Source of the DNA: Anthoceros angustus
Taxonomy: Eukaryota; Plantae; Anthocerotophyta
Direction of reading: 5' to 3'
DNA length: 64,000 nt
Assembly: GCA_010909165.1 (NCBI GenBank)
Contig: MU008167.1
Span: forward strand, 496,001 to 560,000
The number at the start of each line of letters is the position of its first letter. Position 1 is the stretch's first letter. Shown here in pieces: positions 47,804 through 60,906 of the stretch. Under the pieces are notes generated by a model. That model searched no databases and was not told the DNA's origin. It was given only the letters and a program-made list of their open reading frames with translations. The translations under genes were made by a program, and so were the position numbers.

Positions 47804-49014
47804 GTCTTCGCAAGGGGTTTAGATATTTGCCGACGAGGGGTTTCTAGTTTCCGGCGGGGGATTTGGCCGTTTTTGGCGTTAGGTTTTTTGGTGGTTTCTA
47901 GAGGGGGTTTTTGCGGCCTGGTGCACCTTTGGGTGGTCGAGGCGGTTTTCCGGGTCGGGTGTTGGCTTTGGCAGCATTCCTAGGCAGTGGGGGTTTTTCC
48001 ATGTGGCTGGACAGGTGCGTTTTTATGACGTCATTGGACATGCTCAGTTTTTCCCAAGTGGAGTGGTGGGTCCATTTCGTGGGGAACGGTGGTGCGTTTT
48101 GGCAATTTTCATGTTTTTCTCTTTTTGGCCATGGGGCCCCCTACTTCTGCCCTGCGAAGGACACTCCTTATCCCATGTGTGAGAAATTATTTAAGCCTCG
48201 AGGAGTTAGGAGCCACATCGGTCTAGTTCACAAGGACTTCGATCAGACTACTTGGGAAGCTCAGCTACGGTTTGCTTCTTCTTCTGCTGCTGTCCCCCCG
48301 ACTTTGGATACCCCTCTTGGGCCCTCTCCAGAGTCTTGGCTATGGTTGCGAGTTAGGCTGATCATGTTATGGCTCTATATGAAGCACGGTTTCCAGGTCC
48401 ACGCCTTTTTCGGCGCCTCTCGCGACACCTACAGGACGACGTCTGCCTTGCTTATCCTTTTTCCTGGAGCGCCTCGCATTGAATCCCCTGGACAAGGCTG
48501 CTTGGGCTTTGTTCTTGTTTTTCCCTCGGTGGTGTCTCCGTCGCTCTCGCGGCGGATTTTCCGGGCATCAGGAGGTCGCCTCTCAACTTCGCCGATTCTG
48601 GGGGATTGAGAGGTTCTGCAGGAGAAAGTTGGGCGCATAGCAAGATCTAGGTTGGACTCTGCTAAGGTGGATCGTGTTCGTCTAGACCCCGCAAAGGTAC
48701 GTCTCAAATGGTGCCTCCTGCTGGGTCGCCCTAGGGAGTATGCTAGGGTTGCTCGGGCTCTATGCCCGGAGTTGGTGGCAGATGCCTCCAAGGAGTTGGT
48801 GGCAGATGCCTCCAAGGAAACTATCACCACTCTTCGCACCCTTCACCCGAGCCCTAAGGATCCCATTTTGCAAGGCATTCGAGACTTCGTCCCCCAAGAG
48901 CTCTTTTGTTTCGACAAGGCGGTCTTCGGCCAGGCCTTACCACTGCCCCACACCTTTCTTCGGGTGGCCTATTTGGAACAATGGAGGTCATTGAGGACAA
49001 TGACATCTTCCTAG
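47804..49014 (+). mobile_element. CRE-clade non-LTR element 5' portion (zinc finger and pre-RT region)
   Basis: C2H2-like YPMCEKLFKPRGVRSHIGLVH, then LLLGRPREYARVARALCPELVADASKETITTLRTLHP, resembling the G-YSRA--AL----A--S-ET---L--LHP region upstream of CRE RTs. Confidence 0.68.
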
Positions 49015-49031
49015 TGGGAAGAGAGTAACAG

Positions 49032-49783
49032 TGTTGGTAAAATAAGGTAGAAACATAAAAAGTTAAAAGATGAAAAAAATTAATTAGTACCTATCCTGTT
49101 ACGAAGATGCATGTGTTGCATGCTTCATGCAATCTCCTGTTAGAGAGGAATTGCTACAGCTGCTAATGAAGTTATGGCTAGAGAGGACTCGTAGTGATCA
49201 ATGGTGTGCAAGAATTCCTTGAGTTAGTAGCTGCCTAGTTAAGGCGAGCTTGTGGGATATATAAGGGTGAGAGTAGGGGGCTTTGAAGAGGGAACATTCA
49301 ATTCATTCGAGGAGGGAACATTCGATTCATTCGAGGAGGGAACATTCAGTTCATTGTGTGTTTGCAAGCCTTGTGTTTAGAGAGTTGTGGAGAGCCTAGT
49401 TAGTGAGCTTGTTATTGAGTCAAAGGCAGTAGCTAGTTGGGTGTACATAGCTAGACTCACATGTGTATTATGTGAATGAAGAGCAGCACTTCGAGAGAGG
49501 TCTGCAAGTCGTCAATTGAAGATAGGCTACCTGGAGTCACTTCAAGAAGGTGGTCTGTGAGTAGTCAGTTGACGATGGGCTACTTGGAACCTAGTGCTGC
49601 ATCGTGAGATTGAGAGTGTTGAGAGTTGTGCAAATCTTTACGTAGAGTGAATTGGCAAGGTCCTAGACCGTTGGGAAGTCAGCATTTACCACATCCTTAC
49701 GGGCTGCGAAGAGAGGGCGGTACTCATATAAATCCGTTGGATAACTTATGGATTGGTGTATATATCTTCAACGTTTTACAACA
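49032..49783. mobile_element. Solo-LTR-like element (~750 bp)
   Basis: Begins TGTTGGTAAAA and ends TTTTACAACA (TG..CA termini with a short inverted repeat). A diverged second copy lies at 3560-3897. No clear TSD (AACAG vs AGAAA). Confidence 0.6.
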
Positions 49784-49820
49784 AGAAATAGGATGGACTG
49801 ATGTATGTAACTTAAACGTT

Positions 49821-51242
49821 TTACGAAATAGCAGCCTGGGAATACTGTTTCGTTACTTTCCCAACACACTGCCTGTCCTCCTGTTTTCCAATGCGAGGTG
49901 CGAAACCATGCTCCTCACACTTCACATGGCGACAGTGGCCTGTCGATGTCACGTCGGTTCTCGAGGCCTCCTTGTCCTCGTCGTTCTCTTCACTGGACAT
50001 GTTAGCCACTTTCAGGATACCTGCCAGCGACAATGACGCAGGAATGGCCGGCCAGTTTGGACTACCGAAGCCTACCTGTTCTATCCCATATCCAGATAGG
50101 CGAGCAACCAAATGACTCACAATGCCTGTGATGTGAGAAAGGCTTCCAATCGATGGCTCCCTTGGTAACTCAGGACCCTTCACCGATTTCAACGTCCTCA
50201 GGTACTCTGCACCCAACCAACACGACTGTGGATGCACACGCACATAGCAAACAGCGGCTGTTAACAAAAGACTCAGACTGTGCAAAAGCTACCATCCGTG
50301 CAAAGTACACTGGCCTGCAATGCTATCATGGACGACAACCTGCTCTTCCAGCTTCTCACTGAACAAATAGTGTTGACAAAGTGGTTACAAATCTGTAATA
50401 ACCAACCCGAGGAGGGTCGGCCATCAATTGGTGGGTCTTCAGTGTCTCAAAAATGTTACAAGCGCATTCTGACATGCGCCAGGGCTCTAGAGTAAAAATT
50501 CCACTATGCTGTGTAGCCGTGAATGAGATCTACAGAGTAAGCTCTCCATCCCAGGTTTCGAACATAAGCGCCGAAGTTGGCGGACACCTTGAGCATAAAC
50601 ATATCTAGCAGCTGCCGACGCTGTGTGCAGCCGAAGCCGAGTCGTGCTGCAGCGAGCCGGTCCATCCACCTGCACGGCTCGCATCAGGCTTGGCGAAACC
50701 AAAAGGCCCGCGCAGGACCGAAGCCGACCAAGATCGCAAGAAGCGCAAAAGAGCTCGCACATCTTGCCAGGGTCATCCCGGAATCAGGCCGGAAGAGCTC
50801 AAAAAATGCCGAGAACGCTCGCGCCGTCAGTCACGAGTGAGGAAAGGCTGGAGACAGGGAGCTCCATCGCTCTCCACCCTGTACCAGGTCATCCTGGAAA
50901 TAATGCTGATGCAGAACCAGGACAGAGCAATCAAAATGCGCTCCAGGAAACCTAGCCTCAGCATCTTGGATCTGCAGGACGAGCAGGGAGGGAGGCCAGC
51001 AAAAATCAAGGGAAGAAGAAGCCGGCGCGGAGGGAGGCAGTGCTGGTCCGAGGTTTGGCCTGCGGCGGTGCCACGGGCGGTCCAGCCACGATGTCGCCGC
51101 ACGCTCCGCCGAGAGAGTGGCCGCTCAGACACACTGATTCCGCAGTCCTTCGCACCCAGCCGACTCCGAACAACACCGCCAGTAGCACCACGATGACGAT
51201 GACGCAGGAGAGCACCTTGCAGATCCGGCCCAAACAGCACAT
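49821..51242 (-). other. Unidentified coding-like region, possibly a Cys-rich type II membrane protein gene (spliced and/or frameshifted)
   Basis: ATG with a TM helix (MCCLGRICKVLSCVIVIVVLLAVLFGVGW), a plausible GT..polypyrimidine-CAG intron, Cys-rich ORF 50487-50762 and ORF 49821-50285. No family recognised. Confidence 0.35.
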
Positions 51243-51973
51243 GTTGTCCGCGTCACGACCGGCTTTCCTCTCTCCCTTCTCCCTTCAGGCTTCCAGCTTC
51301 CAGCGTCAAGCCCAGACGCGCTCACTACGCCGTCCCTCCAGCAAGATAAGGGAGGGCACTCCCTCGTCTGTCCGCCTGCCTGGCTGGATGCAGCTTTGCA
51401 TCGCCGGGCCCATGAAATAGCACAAAAAGCAGCCCAACGGTCGTGAACTTTTCTCCCCTATTCACACGTATCACTAACACTGCCCGGCTGCTAACGGCTC
51501 TCCTTCCCGCCCGCCTCCTTTTTCATGCCGTCCTTTAGTGGACATAAATATACCATAAGTTTTCCTTCCAAGCGAAGGTAAGTGTGCGGACGGGACGATC
51601 CCTTCTACCTCCATTCCTCCATTCGCCATGTAAAGGTATTCACGATGTATACAAGCAACAGCGCCACCATTGCGAATTTGAATAAACTGTAAAGAGAAAA
51701 ATGGAACAAAATGGGTTTCTTCTCGTGTGGGGGCAATCCACAATATCATACATAGCCTAGAGGCGGCGCAACCCCTCTCCGATCTATACAGCGGGGTGGC
51801 CGCATCGTAATCTACACTCCTCCAAATCTTGCCAGCTTCTCCTGTCCAATCTATCTACCAAACTACGGGTGGGGCGAGGCACTGGACTGATCCAGCGCCC
51901 CAAAAATGAAGCTCTGCACTACTGTGCGGATCTCCTAACCAACTTGACCTACCCATCTCCCCTATCCTACTGC

Positions 51974-54900
51974 CTACATTAGTTCTAAGAATTTAATATT
52001 ACCCATGGAGTTGGCAGCCACAAGCATGTGGGACCTGCCCCTCCAGCAGACGCTTGACACAAATTGTCCACCATCATCTTCCGTTTCCTGCCCAGTCACA
52101 GGATCTGCGCAACCAAATCGGTGTGATGCCATGGGCATTGGCAGTGATTTGTGGTATGCATAAACCTGAGACGAAAGATGGGCCAAGTCAGTACAGGATC
52201 ATTCACAACCATGCCGCAAGATAAAAGTGACCCGCAGAATTGAATGTCAACACAATCGCATGAGCTCAATCAAAAGGTTGAACACGTACAGCATTTGTCT
52301 CTGCCCCACACGCTATATAGCCGTCTGCTACTGTGAGTCCAACAAAGTTCTGCAATGTAGTCACAGACTGGAGAAATGAGACACTGGCGGGGATGAGAGC
52401 AAATTGTTGTGTATCTAAAAGTCTTGCCAAGGAGGTAAAGCTCACCTTTTCATTTGTGTGTCCAGTGTACGTAAGGGAACATGCCGTTGTAACACCGCCT
52501 TTTGCACTAGCCTTGGTGATATCCCACAGCTTCAAAGTGTTGTCTGTAGATGCGGAGACAAGAGTGCCGCTGTCCACAAACTTGACATAGCTGACAGCTT
52601 TGTTGTGGTTTGCAAGAATGCACAGAGGCATCTTAGTATTTCGCAGGTCATAGCAGAAGATCCGATAGTCTGCAGAGCCAAAAGCTAGCAAGTGAGCAGA
52701 ATCGGCTGGAAACTGTACACAGCACACATTCGCCTTGGTTTTAATCGTCCCAATGCTGGTCTCCTGCACATTTCATGACAAATGTGATTCAAAATCACGC
52801 CCACATACCCCAATAGGAAATGAAAGTAGGACGCTATCGTGAAATTTCCTGACCTGATTTATACTCCAAAGTTTCACACATCCGTCATCGCTTCCACTTG
52901 CCAACTTCGTAGGATCAGCATGAGAGAAGTCCACAGACCAGGCACGCTTCTCATGTTCCTCATACTCCATCAGAGTTTGACTAGTATTGGCATCCCACAA
53001 CTGCAATTTGCAGAAGCAAAGGTCCACTCAGTTTGCTCGTGTCCAAGACAAAAGGGTATGTGGCTCAGATAATCCCCTATTTCAGTACCTTTTCAGCCAG
53101 GACAAGAGTTATCAATTGCACTCATAGACCTTCTAGGAAAAGTAGGGGACAACACAAACCTGCACAACACCTTCATAGTCACTTGATGCTATGTGACTCT
53201 TGATGTAACTGTTCCAACAGACGCTGCTGAGTTTCGATCTACTTGTCATCTCCACCACCGGGTAATGGATATCAACATGCTCATTGAGTACCGCATCACA
53301 CTCAAAGACTTTGATCCTCTTGCACACCCCTGCTGTAGCAAAGAACTCATCATCCCGGTCAAAACTTAGGGAACACACCATATTTGCTGTGTTCAGTAAG
53401 TCTCCATGCCGTAAAGTAGCTTTCACCTCAAATCTGCTGTAGCGAGCATACTTGCACAGATTATCAAAAAAACAACCGAGCCAGTCTTCAGAATCATCAC
53501 TCGAAGGATCCCCATCCCGCCCTTTTGCAGACCTCTGTGCATCTGCACCTCCAGTATTCTGCTGGGGCCCTGCACTTGCGGCTGGAGCTTCAACTGGGTG
53601 CCCCGACCCACTCACCAAATCTGTGGCGGCAGTTCCCGATTTCCACCTCATGGAGAAGTAAACCCTTTCTAATTGGCTGAAATTGTTCATCAATCTAGCA
53701 CTCTTGGCTGAGAGCTCTGTAGGCCTTTTATTTTGACCATCTCCAGTTGCAATATTCTTCAACTTCAAGTCAATGTTCTTTTCCTCCTCAGTATCACGGG
53801 ACCTTTTGCCCAGTATCCCAGGTTTGTTGTCCTCCAAATCAAGCAGCCCCTTCACACACGGATCATCTAGTCTTCTTTTCAGACCCAGAAGTTTGCCTTC
53901 CGGGCTGGGGAGCTTCACCAGGTGCTCGCCCCTGCTTAAAAAACTTCCTGGAACTCCAGTGCTTTTCAAAATACTTCGCCGCCTCTCCACCTCCTTAATA
54001 TCAGACAGAAGGCGATGGATGTCTTTCGAAGATTGCTGGGCAACTTCTTGTTTTTGCTGCTGCAAGCGCACCAAAAAATCCAACAGCAAATTTGATTCTG
54101 CTTCTCTTTCCTCAATGCCCACAGCAGCCTGCCGCTCTGCCAGAGCCTCTCTAGCTTCACTGAGTAGCTCACAGTTTAAGATCTCCCTGCAAAACCAATG
54201 AGATCAAAACTAGAAATATCAGCTCCTTGACCACCGTAGCGCTTCAGAGAGTAAGAACATAGAAGAAATATGAACCAACGTTAAAGCATCGGGAGACATT
54301 TTGATGCATGCGTATCCATAAGTAGTTACACATCATTTGATCATCACTATCCACAATACCTACCCAGCCTTGGGTCTCGAATTCGGCTCAGGGTGCAATA
54401 ACCAAAGGCAAAAGGCAGCTTCCTTTGGGCATTCGGACAAAAGGCGAGGCGGAAGAATACGATGCCTCAAATCAGACATGACTCTACTTCGCTCCATTGG
54501 TGAACTGAAGATACAAAGCAGCTGAGGCCACAAATGAACATTGATTAGAATGAAAACCGGGCAAGAAATGCTCTACAGCACGACTGGATTCAGCAAAGTG
54601 CCCGCTAACACAACCCCCACTTTTAGTTCCAGGAGAAAGGTCTTCAAGAGTACAACTCACCTCGAAAAATAGGACTCCTAACCTATAGGTGTCAGAGGCA
54701 AAACTGCCTGCTCCACCAGCCAACTCCTCTGGACTAGAATACCATGTTTGTTCCATCAGCAATAGCTGGCGCTGAGGAAAACAATCTTGAGCATTGTCAC
54801 CTGGTGTTACCAGCATGTTTGGTGTATCAGACCGGCCCCCAGATGAGTCTGTCTGATGCGAGTGCATGTCACGTGAGCAGGCTGATGCTGAACTGCCACT

Positions 54901-56346
54901 CCCAGCAACACCCGCTTGACGCAAACCTGTAACTGTCTGATTGGTCGCACACATTGTGGTCTGCTGCCTATAACCACCGACACCCTCAGAATGCGCACCT
55001 ACCAGTGCATCCTGTCCCGGTCTAACCCCAGCAATGCCACCGTGAGAACTATGATCACCTGAAACTGGAGGTGTAGACGAGATTCCAGTTGATCTCTCAG
55101 AGGATCTCTCTGAGCTGCCTCGAGTGCTTGCAGACTCGATAAACCCCACCCTGTTCAGAGAGGAAAGAAGGAAGCACGAAGGCCGAACATTTCGCAAAAT
55201 CACACCTTGCCTGTGAGCAAGATTGACGAACTCCAAAATCTGCCTGAAAATGTGCAACCCTTCCACACGATCAAGAACTCGTGACGGCCTGTTAAGCCAC
55301 TCCCTCAGACTCAGCGCCCCTCCACCGACATGACCAACCCTCCCACTCACAGCGCGACTAGCAGGCTCTACTTCACTCTTGACCGGTTGCGAGGGCTTCG
55401 TGTCTGCTGCATCATCGGTGGAACTTCCAACGATTACAAAACCCGAGTGCACTCCCTCCTTGGCAGGATCGCTGCGAGCTCCACAGACATTCACGATAGA
55501 CTCGGTGGTCGCGAAGGGCTGACTCACCACATGAAGGTGAACAGCACCACCTTTACCCTGTTCCGTCCCCTCAGGAGCTCCGATATTAGACTCCTTAGTG
55601 CACCCTGTAGCACTCAGCGTATGCTCCCTCCCCGAGCTGGACCCTTTCCCAGACTGCTGGTCATCAATCCCGAACTGCTCCTGCTTCACATGCACATCCC
55701 GCCGCTTCACCTTCTGCCGTGCCGACGAGGCATCCACCCAGTGATCCGCCTGCATGGTCCCCTGCTTGCTGCTGCTGCTAGGATGAGTCCCGGACAACCC
55801 CGTCCCCGCCATGGCAGTGTCCGAGCCAGCCCCGCCGCTCACCCCTTGATAATGCTGATGCCGCAGGTTATGCTGATTCCCAGGCCTGGACTGCTGCTGC
55901 TTCAGAATCAGCTGCGACAGGGACTCGTGGTGCCTGGACCTCTTGCTGGCGTGCTGCTCCAGCTGCCGGTACGAGTGCGCATTCACCGGCGGCATCTCAG
56001 GGTAATTCTTGCGCTGCCCCGAGGGCGGTTTCACCGGCCTGCTGCTCAGCTCATACTCCTGCGACGACCTAGGTAGAATCTCCTCGCTTCCTCTGGCTTC
56101 CTCAGCTCCATGGCCATTTGTGTCCTGATCCACCTTCACAACTTCCACACCGGCACCAATACCTGGTCTTGCTCCTGCTCCTCCTGCTCCTCCTCCTCCT
56201 CCAGCTCCTCCTGCTCCTCCTCCTCCTGCTGCACCGTCAGGGCCAGAGCCTTGGCCAGGGTAATCGAAGGCGATGTCATCCATGAACCTCCATGGCCGTG
56301 CGCTTGCTGCCCTTCCTGCCTCAGAGCCGTCTGCAGGATCTTTCAT
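51974..56346 (-). CDS. SPA: SUPPRESSOR OF PHYA-105 (SPA)-family protein: kinase-like, coiled-coil and WD40 domains, 7 exons
   Basis: [83 protein letters not shown] coiled coil, [34 protein letters not shown] and [16 protein letters not shown]. The ATG is placed at 56346 (MKDPADG). Confidence 0.95.
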
Positions 56347-57899
56347 CCCTGCAGCTGTAGCTCTGTGCTGAGAGCTACAAGAAGGGGAGTCGAGGTCAGC
56401 GGCGATGGCGATGGCGATGACGATGGCGGGGCCGCGGGAGCAGGCATGGCGCGAGCGAGCGGAGCGGGGCAGCGCACGGCACACGCAACTGGAGTCGGCC
56501 AGGAGCGCCCATTCTTCACGAGTGCGGCATGGCTTAGCTTATTCAGTGGACAACCTTCGGCCGCGGAGAAGAAAAAAAAAAACAGGGGCTCACGGTGGCT
56601 AGGCTGTAGGTTTACACTCATATCTCCTGAAAGATCTGTGTTGTTTGGCAGTGTATCTCCTCTCATATCTAGGGCCCCCGTCGTTCCAAGTGTTCACGTC
56701 CTCCACCTTCATAAGGCTCTCTCCACATACATATAGGCTACGTAGGTAGTCACGACTAAATGGAGTTTCAACGCATTCGATTAGGTGTACAGCATTGATA
56801 CGCGGCAGTGTACACGAGGTACACTGATGTACATGAAAACAAATGAAAACATGTCGACTTAAAATAAATTTATTTGTTGTTTCTCCAAACGAGATAGGTT
56901 ATGTCCGGCTGTTTCGAGCGGATCCATATTCTGTGTGTGAGACCTCTAGGTGCGAGGCTGATAAGTAGATTTGAATCTCAACTTCATTTTCATGATTTTA
57001 AAGTTAACAAATTTGGAATAATAAGTTTTCTTCTAACAATGTGCCACTTCCTTTACAACTGCACCTCATTCAACTCCCGTCAAGCAATCGCACATAGAGA
57101 GCCCCTTCTTCACAAACTCTCGCAACCACAAATATGAGACTAAAGCACACATCGTTTGAACGTGTCCCGAACACCGCGTGAGAACTTTTCGGGTGCATCG
57201 CCACAACAAGATCACGTTGGAAGTTGCAACTTGGTTCGACTTCCACTTCTTCAGACAGCCTGGCTACGACGGATGTATCTACATGGCTCTGATCAATGTC
57301 TTCGGCTTGTGTCTAGAAGCGGCTAAACTTTAAGCATTCCAAAGATTTAAGGAGCTAGCTAGTCCGACTCCATCCATACATGATAATTTGTTACGATAAG
57401 CGTGGCCCACGTAGAGATGAAATAACGGGCTCCAGCCCCACCTCCCGAATGTGGATTCTCATAATTGCTATTTCAGTGCCTTAGGATTGTTACATCTTCA
57501 AAACCCAATAGGAAAAGATCGTCAAATACACTATGGTCAAAATGGCAATCCAAGCAGGCAACCCCCATGCCACGGTTGTTGGGGTTATGGGCACCATTTC
57601 GCACACTTTACACAAGACCCTTCGTTCCCTCATCCACTGATCAAAGGTCTCCTAGCTTTACGACGAGATCAATAGACAATCGTTAACTTCAACCTCAACC
57701 TATGGAGCATGTGTGACCTTCGCAAGAAGGGAGAGGATGCAAATTAGTACCTTGACCCGGGCATATCTTCTTCATGTAGATCGCCCACCTCATACGCCTA
57801 TTTATACAAGGAGTTAATTTACTTTTATGCAAGGCGGACCTGCAAGGCTTCTAGCCCGACCATTCACCATAAGACAAGGAGTCCATTCCTTCTGGCTTT

Positions 57900-58520
57900 C
57901 TGATTCGCACTAGCTTCTTCTTCTACCGCGATGAGGTTCTGCCTAGGCTTGGTCCACCCTTTGGCCTATTCTCTCACGACGTGTAGTTGTGGAGCCCCCT
58001 CGATGACTCTGGGACCCACTTAACTCGATGTACAATTGGTGGGCAGCGGATTGCTACATACGATGCAGTGTGAGACGTCATGGTCTCCATTGCCAGGGAG
58101 AGCAGATTCTTTCCTTTAAGCGCCCCTACACTTTGCCTGACGGCGTTTCTCTCGGCTGACCTATTTTTGACCCAAGGGGACCAGGTCTCTGTAGATCCCA
58201 CTCGGGACACCATTTGCGAGCATGTCATCATCAACCCTTCTGGTTGGATGGTGGAGCGATGCGATACGGCCAAGGTTTACAAGTACACCCCCATGTAGGA
58301 AGGCCATGCTTTCATTCCCTGTGCTATTTGAGACCCATGGGGCCATGGACAAGACTTCTCGAGGTTTATCAAGGCTTGTGCTAAAGCATACCTCGTCCGC
58401 AAGAACGTTAACGGGTATGTCTCTCTCTTTCGTGTGTGGGGACTTTCTTCTGGCAGCGAGTATCCATCGCCCTACAGAGAGCGTTGGCAAACACAATTTT
58501 AGGGCGGCCTTGAATGTGGG
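57900..58520 (+). mobile_element. CRE-clade non-LTR retrotransposon 3' end (CCHC and REL endonuclease)
   Basis: TAMRFCLGLVHP..CSCG, IATYDAVRDVMVSIARE, GDQVSVDPTRDT, FPVLFETHGAM, and the terminal WQRVSIALQRALANTILGR (starting at 58451). Confidence 0.8.
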
Positions 58521-58545
58521 GGACGCAACATTTTCAGCTCAGGTC

Positions 58546-60631
58546 CTAAGTAGGCCCTTCCTTTAAGGAATAAGTTATTCCAGACTTTGACTTATTGCAT
58601 TGGGAGCAATAGGTATCCCGAATCAATTGGCCTAGTGCCCTCATGTGGTTGTTCCCATTGCACTGCTCACCAAGCACTGCCCCGTCCCTGAGCGGACTGG
58701 CCTCGACTCGTCCGTCGGCTTCTCCTCCTCGTCGAGGGTCTCCGCCTTTCTCCGCTTGGGCCGCCTCCGCCTGGCCCTGAAGCTCCAGCATTCTCCTTCT
58801 GGTGGCCTCCACTTCCTGGGCCTTCTCTGCCGTTCCGCAGAGCCCCCAAAGCACACCGTCCATGACGGCTGCGGGAACCCACCGTGTCTCTCCCACGGCC
58901 GCTGCTTGGGAGATACCCGTGAAGTCCGCTGCGGCCGCGGGTATCTCTCGGTCCGTTAAGGACCACCATACCGCAGTCCGGAGGGAGGCCGGACTAGGGA
59001 CTCCGCACCCAATCAGGACCCTTAGGTCCCGAGTATTTTGGTCTGGGGCCTCGACCTCCTTGGCCCGCTTGGCCGCTAGCTCCTTCTCCGCCCGCCTTCG
59101 TTTGGAGTTCGGAGGCGGTGAAGGAGTCCGGGAGCTGGCTCGCTTTCCCGTCCTGGTCGGTGATAGAACGGGCTCGGGGTGGGGTTGCTGCCAGTGTCCT
59201 CCCGCGCCCTGGGCCATGTCCCGTTCTACTCTTCTCACTGCCTCCTCGGCCTCCTACCACTCCGTTGGCAATGGCAAAGGGACTGGAGCGGTCCTGGGGG
59301 CCGTAGTGGTGGGGGCCGTCTTCCTCTTCTTCGCCTCCTTCCTGGTCCTGCGGGGTTTGGCAGGTTGGTGATCTGCTGGTCCAACGACCACCAGCTCTCT
59401 CCCTGTCGTAGTTGCCTCCGGCGTGGGGTGTTCCGGCGGAGGGACTAAGAGGAGCGAAGCGGAAATTTCTTCCCATACTTCCCTGGGCGGTGAGGGGGTC
59501 CGCTCTAGCCGTATGGAGTCCGGAATACCTTCCCAATCCTCGTCCTCCTGGGTCCGCCTGGGCTTGAGGGGCCGTCCTTCCGGTTCCTGGGCCCTCACCT
59601 TCCGCTCCGACTCAGGCAGGGTTACCAACCCTTCCTGAGCGCTCGCTCTTCCTCTCCCTCCTTCATGAGGTTGAGGTGTCCCCAAACGTGGACAATAAAC
59701 GGCGACAGCGCCGATGATGGCGGCTTCTCGCTACGCAGCTTCCTGGCCTCCTGGTTGATCCGGGCGAAGATGATCCTTCCCCAGTTCGCTCTTTTCCCCC
59801 TCTGCAGGGCGTGGAGGAACAACAGCAAATTGTGTCCCAGGTGATCCACCTTGGTGAGCATGTTCCAATGCACGATGACTTTCGCCACCGCTCTCACCCG
59901 TCGGTCCAATAGGTCCGACATCAACCCCCCATTCGAGGACCGCAGCGTCCCCGGCCTCAAAAGCGCCGCCTTGGCGGCCTCCACCCTCCCTTTCACTTTA
60001 AGGGGTTCCGGCACCACCCCCCCAATTTCTTCTATCGGCCGGTTGTAAACCGCTCGCAAGACCTCCACGGTCCACCTCCTTGGGTCTTCCCTCAGACTCT
60101 TGGAGCGGACGGTTTTGTTGGCCACCGCCAACATCTTCCGGGCGTACTTCCGGACCAACACGACGCTGTCGAACGTCCATACCGCTTGGAAGACGTCCAG
60201 GTGCCAGTCATGCACCAATTCCTCCGCCTCCTCCAACCAAGGCCCGAAGTCCGGGTAGCGCTTAGTGACGATTTTCTTCTCCACCAGACGCCAGGGTTCG
60301 CAGACCTCCGCCGCCTTCTTGGGTCCCATAATCGCGCGCCGACTGGTCTGCTGTTGTGGCTTGATGACCGACAATTCTCGTCCTGCACTCCGCCAAGGCC
60401 GAGCGCCCGCGAGAGGGTCGCCTGCACTGCGCTTGGGCGTCGGAAGAGATAGCGCCAGAGGGTGCTCGAGCGAGTGACGCGAAATCGCCGAGAAGCGGTC
60501 GAGAGAATGGCCTTCTCGCCTCGTAACGTTGAGTAATCAAGCCCGGAGGGCGCCCGCTGCTCAGAATCGCCGTAGTTCGCATTGCTTATTAGCTTGGCCG
60601 CCGCCACGCTGCATTTAGCCTTATCGCGCAT
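58546..60631 (-). mobile_element. GC-rich frameshifted ORF (~600 aa) resembling retrotransposon accessory ORFs (plant-mobile-domain-like N-terminus, Pro-rich linker, charged coil)
   Basis: Three overlapping ORFs (59622-60374, 59254-59685, 58546-59238) chain together. Motif ANWGRIIFARINQE..SALSPFIVHVW. No gag/pol motifs. The family assignment is from resemblance only. Confidence 0.45.
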
Positions 60632-60791
60632 GTACTCGGGGCGTGGTTATCTACCCATAACGGCCACTGGCAACCCTACGGTCCTGGTTCGCTGCATGCC
60701 CGTCCCCCTCTCTACACCGTCCACGTGGCCCCCTTGCCAAAACACGCTCCCCCGTTCCCAAGTTACTTTTTTCGGCGTACTTATCGCGACT

Positions 60792-60906
60792 TACTCCGGA
60801 GTACAGCCTGGACTCACCCGGCCTGCTCCGGAGTGCAGTCCGGCCTCACCCGGCCTACTCCGGAGTGCGGTCTAGAGTCACTCAGGCAACTCCGGAGTGC
60901 GGTCCA
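60792..60906. repeat. 32-bp minisatellite, about 3.5 copies
   Basis: CTCCGGAGT recurs at 60794, 60826, 60858 and 60890. Confidence 0.88.

Noticed and set aside
51100-51150. GHSLGG lipase nucleophile motif
   Set aside because: It lacks the surrounding lipase fold motifs and falls inside what looks like an intron.
55330-56736. Long plus-strand ORFs (248 aa and 208 aa)
   Set aside because: Antisense to SPA exon 1; the Ser/Cys runs mirror the SPA Gly/Ala repeat.
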